Of a stretch of 64,000 nucleotides of DNA, positions 61,535-64,000 are shown one piece after another. The position numbers and the translations under genes are program-made. Origin of the DNA: Sarea resinae (taxonomy: Eukaryota); assembly GCA_026026165.1 (NCBI GenBank), contig JAPEUD010000026.1, forward strand, positions 124,001 through 188,000, given 5' to 3'. The notes below the pieces were generated by a model. The model did not search any database, was not told where the DNA came from, and worked only from the letters and a program-made list of their open reading frames with translations. Numbering within the stretch: position 1 is the first letter of the stretch; every line of letters starts with the position of its first letter.

Positions 61535-63008
61535 GTTTATTCCTTTGGGTCTTCCTCCTGTTGGTGGTGGAGAGGGTGAATGTGTTTATTCGGTGCTGAC
61601 GTCCCTATAGCCGGCTTTCCTTCGGGCCTACGGTATCTGCTCGAGAGCAATACTTGGCACCTGGCTCGGAATGGAAACCTCGCTGCGATGGCACCGAAAA
61701 GGGAAAACGAAGTGAATTGAATAAATGAATTGAGCGGCTGGAAGCAGAGAGACGAGCCGGGGGCGGGGGCCTTCCAGAGGCTTTTTCGAAGTTCAGGTCT
61801 CGGCCGTGCTGTCAGATTCGAAACTTTCGAGCACCTGGCCCCTCGTCTGATGATCTGATGAGTGAGGCAGGATGGGGGTCTGGAAGATGGACTGAATGAT
61901 GATGCCGGATTTGGTGTTGGTGAAGAGCAGCGAAGAGTATGCGTGGGGGAGAGAGAGAGAGTGCGTGCGTGATGGATCTAGAAGCTGAAAAGCTCGAGTC
62001 ACAATTGTATCAAGCAGATGAGACAGGCAGGACGCTCATCAATTAATTCAACGGGCCCGTGAATGATCTCCAGGAAAAGCAGTCACTCTTATACCACCCT
62101 TTACCATGACGGTTCTCCCATCCTTTGTATCATCTTTCATCTATTCATCCATTCACCACCGCCACGACCTCTTTTGTCTCCTTTCCTTTGTTCCTCGTGC
62201 ACACACACACACACACACAGATACAAACACAAACAGCCTGCCAACCCTCGTGTCCCCTATAGCCAGTCCCGTCCCCGGCTTTCTTTGTCTACCATCCATA
62301 GCGAGCGTCCAACAATGGCAACAATGATCGCACACAACCCCGCCAGCAAAGCTAAAACGTTAGCTTGGCTTCCTACACTTGTTCCAGCCTGCGACATTCT
62401 TTGGATTTCTTCGTCGACGAGAGAGCGACTTGGGAGGCGAGCCAATCACTCAGTCAGTCAGTCCTCTTTCTTGTCTGTCTCGGGACCTAGCCCTCTCTGG
62501 TTCGGGGCTCATTGTGATACCTTTGCTCGGTATCGTCTTGTAGATTGTTCGACTTTTTGGGAGGGTGGAATCTTTGAAGCGCGAAATCCTTTCTTTCTTT
62601 CTTCTCTTCTCTTCTCATCTCTTTTACACTTTCCTTGATCTTTACATTCAAATCCTACTGTGCGTGACAAGGCTATCCCATCAAGGAAGTAAAGAGCGCC
62701 GAACTTTTATTTTGCTTCCTTGCTCTCTCTGTGACGGACTATTCTCCTCATTACGAGACTGCGCCTGGCGACTCAAGAGTCAGTCAGAGCTTAGAGGGTT
62801 ATCAGACTCTCATCTTGAGTCATGAGACACAGCCATTGTCTATATGCACACGGCCACCTACACTATCACACAAACCCGCAGACTTGGTAGACAGCGTCCC
62901 GAGCACCATGAGACTTGGAATCTATTCGTTCTGGAAACATCGCTTTCCAATGCGAGACCTAAAAGTAGACCCAACGCGGTTCGTGGATTGAAAACCCATA
63001 TAGCATAT

Positions 63009-63333
63009 CTAGAAGCCCCTGCCTACGCGCGGCGTCGTGGGTCGACGAACCGCCCCCTGCGTGGCAATTCGTCGTACCGCACTCTTCACGGCCTTCTTCT
63101 CCACCTTTCCATCTTTCTCCAACTCCGCCTTCTTACGAGCTTCCTCCCGCGCCCTGTCTTCGGCCATTTGGGTCTCGAGTTCCATCTTTTTGTTGAATTC
63201 GCGCTCGGTGACGCGTTTGGTTTGGTTCGCCGAGGCACCGGCAGAGGGGTTGAGGTAGGATTTCTCTTTCAGGGTGTAGAAGACCGAGCCAAGGTCGGCG
63301 AGCCACTGTTTGAGGTCTTAGTTGGCGGGCAAA

Positions 63334-63418
<85 letters not shown>

Positions 63419-64000
63419 AGGGAAAGACTTACGTAGGGATCGACGGCCGTGACGGTGGACATGTATTCCTTGCTCGTGAGAATAAGTTCGTGATAGATGA
63501 CGTACTCGGGCAAAACTCCCAGGCCGTATAACGCAGAGGTAGGATGTAGCTGCACGCCGACACTCGTACGCAGGTTGACATATTCGCCTATCCCGCGCAC
63601 CTTTGCCGCCTGATGATAGTAGCCCGAACAGATGCACTTGCGGATGATATCCCAATCTGTGCCACAGGAGCTCAGTTGCATCTTCTGCACACTCATGATA
63701 TCGGCCAATTGTTCTCGGATTTCTTTCGCGCGCCGCAAGGCCTTTGGGTGCAGGAAATGGCGCACACACCAAGCGTCGCTGTGGCCATTGGACCGCCATT
63801 GTGTGTAGACGTGTAGGAGGGTTAGGTGGTCGCTCTCGGGAACGAAGAATTTTTCGCGGGCAGCATCGGCTTCTTCCTGACGTTCTTTCGGGCGATAAAA
63901 TACACTGGGGACGGAAAGCATGGAGACGATTGTGAGGATCTCGTCTGAGCAGCCGTAATCTTGTGATGTTAGTAAAAGTTTACCAAGAGACGGGTCCATG
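63009..64000 (-). CDS. PRP16: 3' part of DEAH-box splicing helicase Prp16; intron 63306-63432; 5' end outside the window
   Basis: [93 protein letters not shown] (HA2/OB-NTP region, Prp16-type). Confidence 0.92.
63334..63414. repeat. Poly-G homopolymer (~81 nt) inside the PRP16 intron
   Basis: Directly visible. Confidence 0.95.

Noticed and set aside
62770..62821. 9-bp inverted repeat GACTCAAGA..TCTTGAGTC, possible H/ACA snoRNA hairpin
   Set aside because: No ANANNA H box follows it, and a 9-bp stem can occur by chance in 64 kb.
15733..64000. BRR2, RCL1 and PRP16 as an RNA-processing gene cluster
   Set aside because: They are separated by many unrelated genes over ~48 kb, which is consistent with chance.
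1..64000. Transposons, RIP-mutated repeats, tRNA/rRNA, CRISPR, secondary-metabolite cluster
   Set aside because: No transposase or RT motifs, LTR/TIR pairs, AT-rich RIP tracts, cloverleafs, repeat-spacer arrays or PKS/NRPS/terpene genes were seen.

Overview
Gene-dense eukaryotic DNA from a filamentous ascomycete (Pezizomycotina-type short GT-AG introns with CTRAY branch sites). About 21 protein-coding genes can be supported. They are a partial SRPK-like kinase, a UBE2W-like E2, a membrane alpha/beta-hydrolase-fold protein, PPE1, CPA2, a 568-aa coiled-coil hypothetical, BRR2, an NTF2/SnoaL-like protein, SEC66, NPL4, a PWWP protein, an Aur1/Ipt1-type PAP2 protein, a DAO-family FAD oxidoreductase, RCL1, a CLIP-170-like protein, ENV7, a Ste20/GCK (Kic1/Nak1-like) kinase, a small NPLGL-repeat protein, a DPP5-like S9 peptidase, a polyQ hypothetical and the 3' part of PRP16. 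There is also one frameshifted pseudogene and one ORF-poor, apparently spliced locus. I see no transposon, tRNA, rRNA, CRISPR array or biosynthetic cluster, and no clearly novel multi-gene system. The most interesting signals are at the RNA-processing and regulatory level. These are two AAG|GCAAGT GC-AG introns, three stop-free 3n introns, a candidate alternative C-terminal exon of NPL4, Gcn4/CpcA sites upstream of and inside intron 1 of CPA2, a possible mitochondrial presequence on DPP5, a hydrolase lacking its catalytic serine, an 81-nt G tract in a PRP16 intron, and microsatellite-rich convergent junctions flanked by GC-rich gene ends. All calls were made by eye, without database searches.
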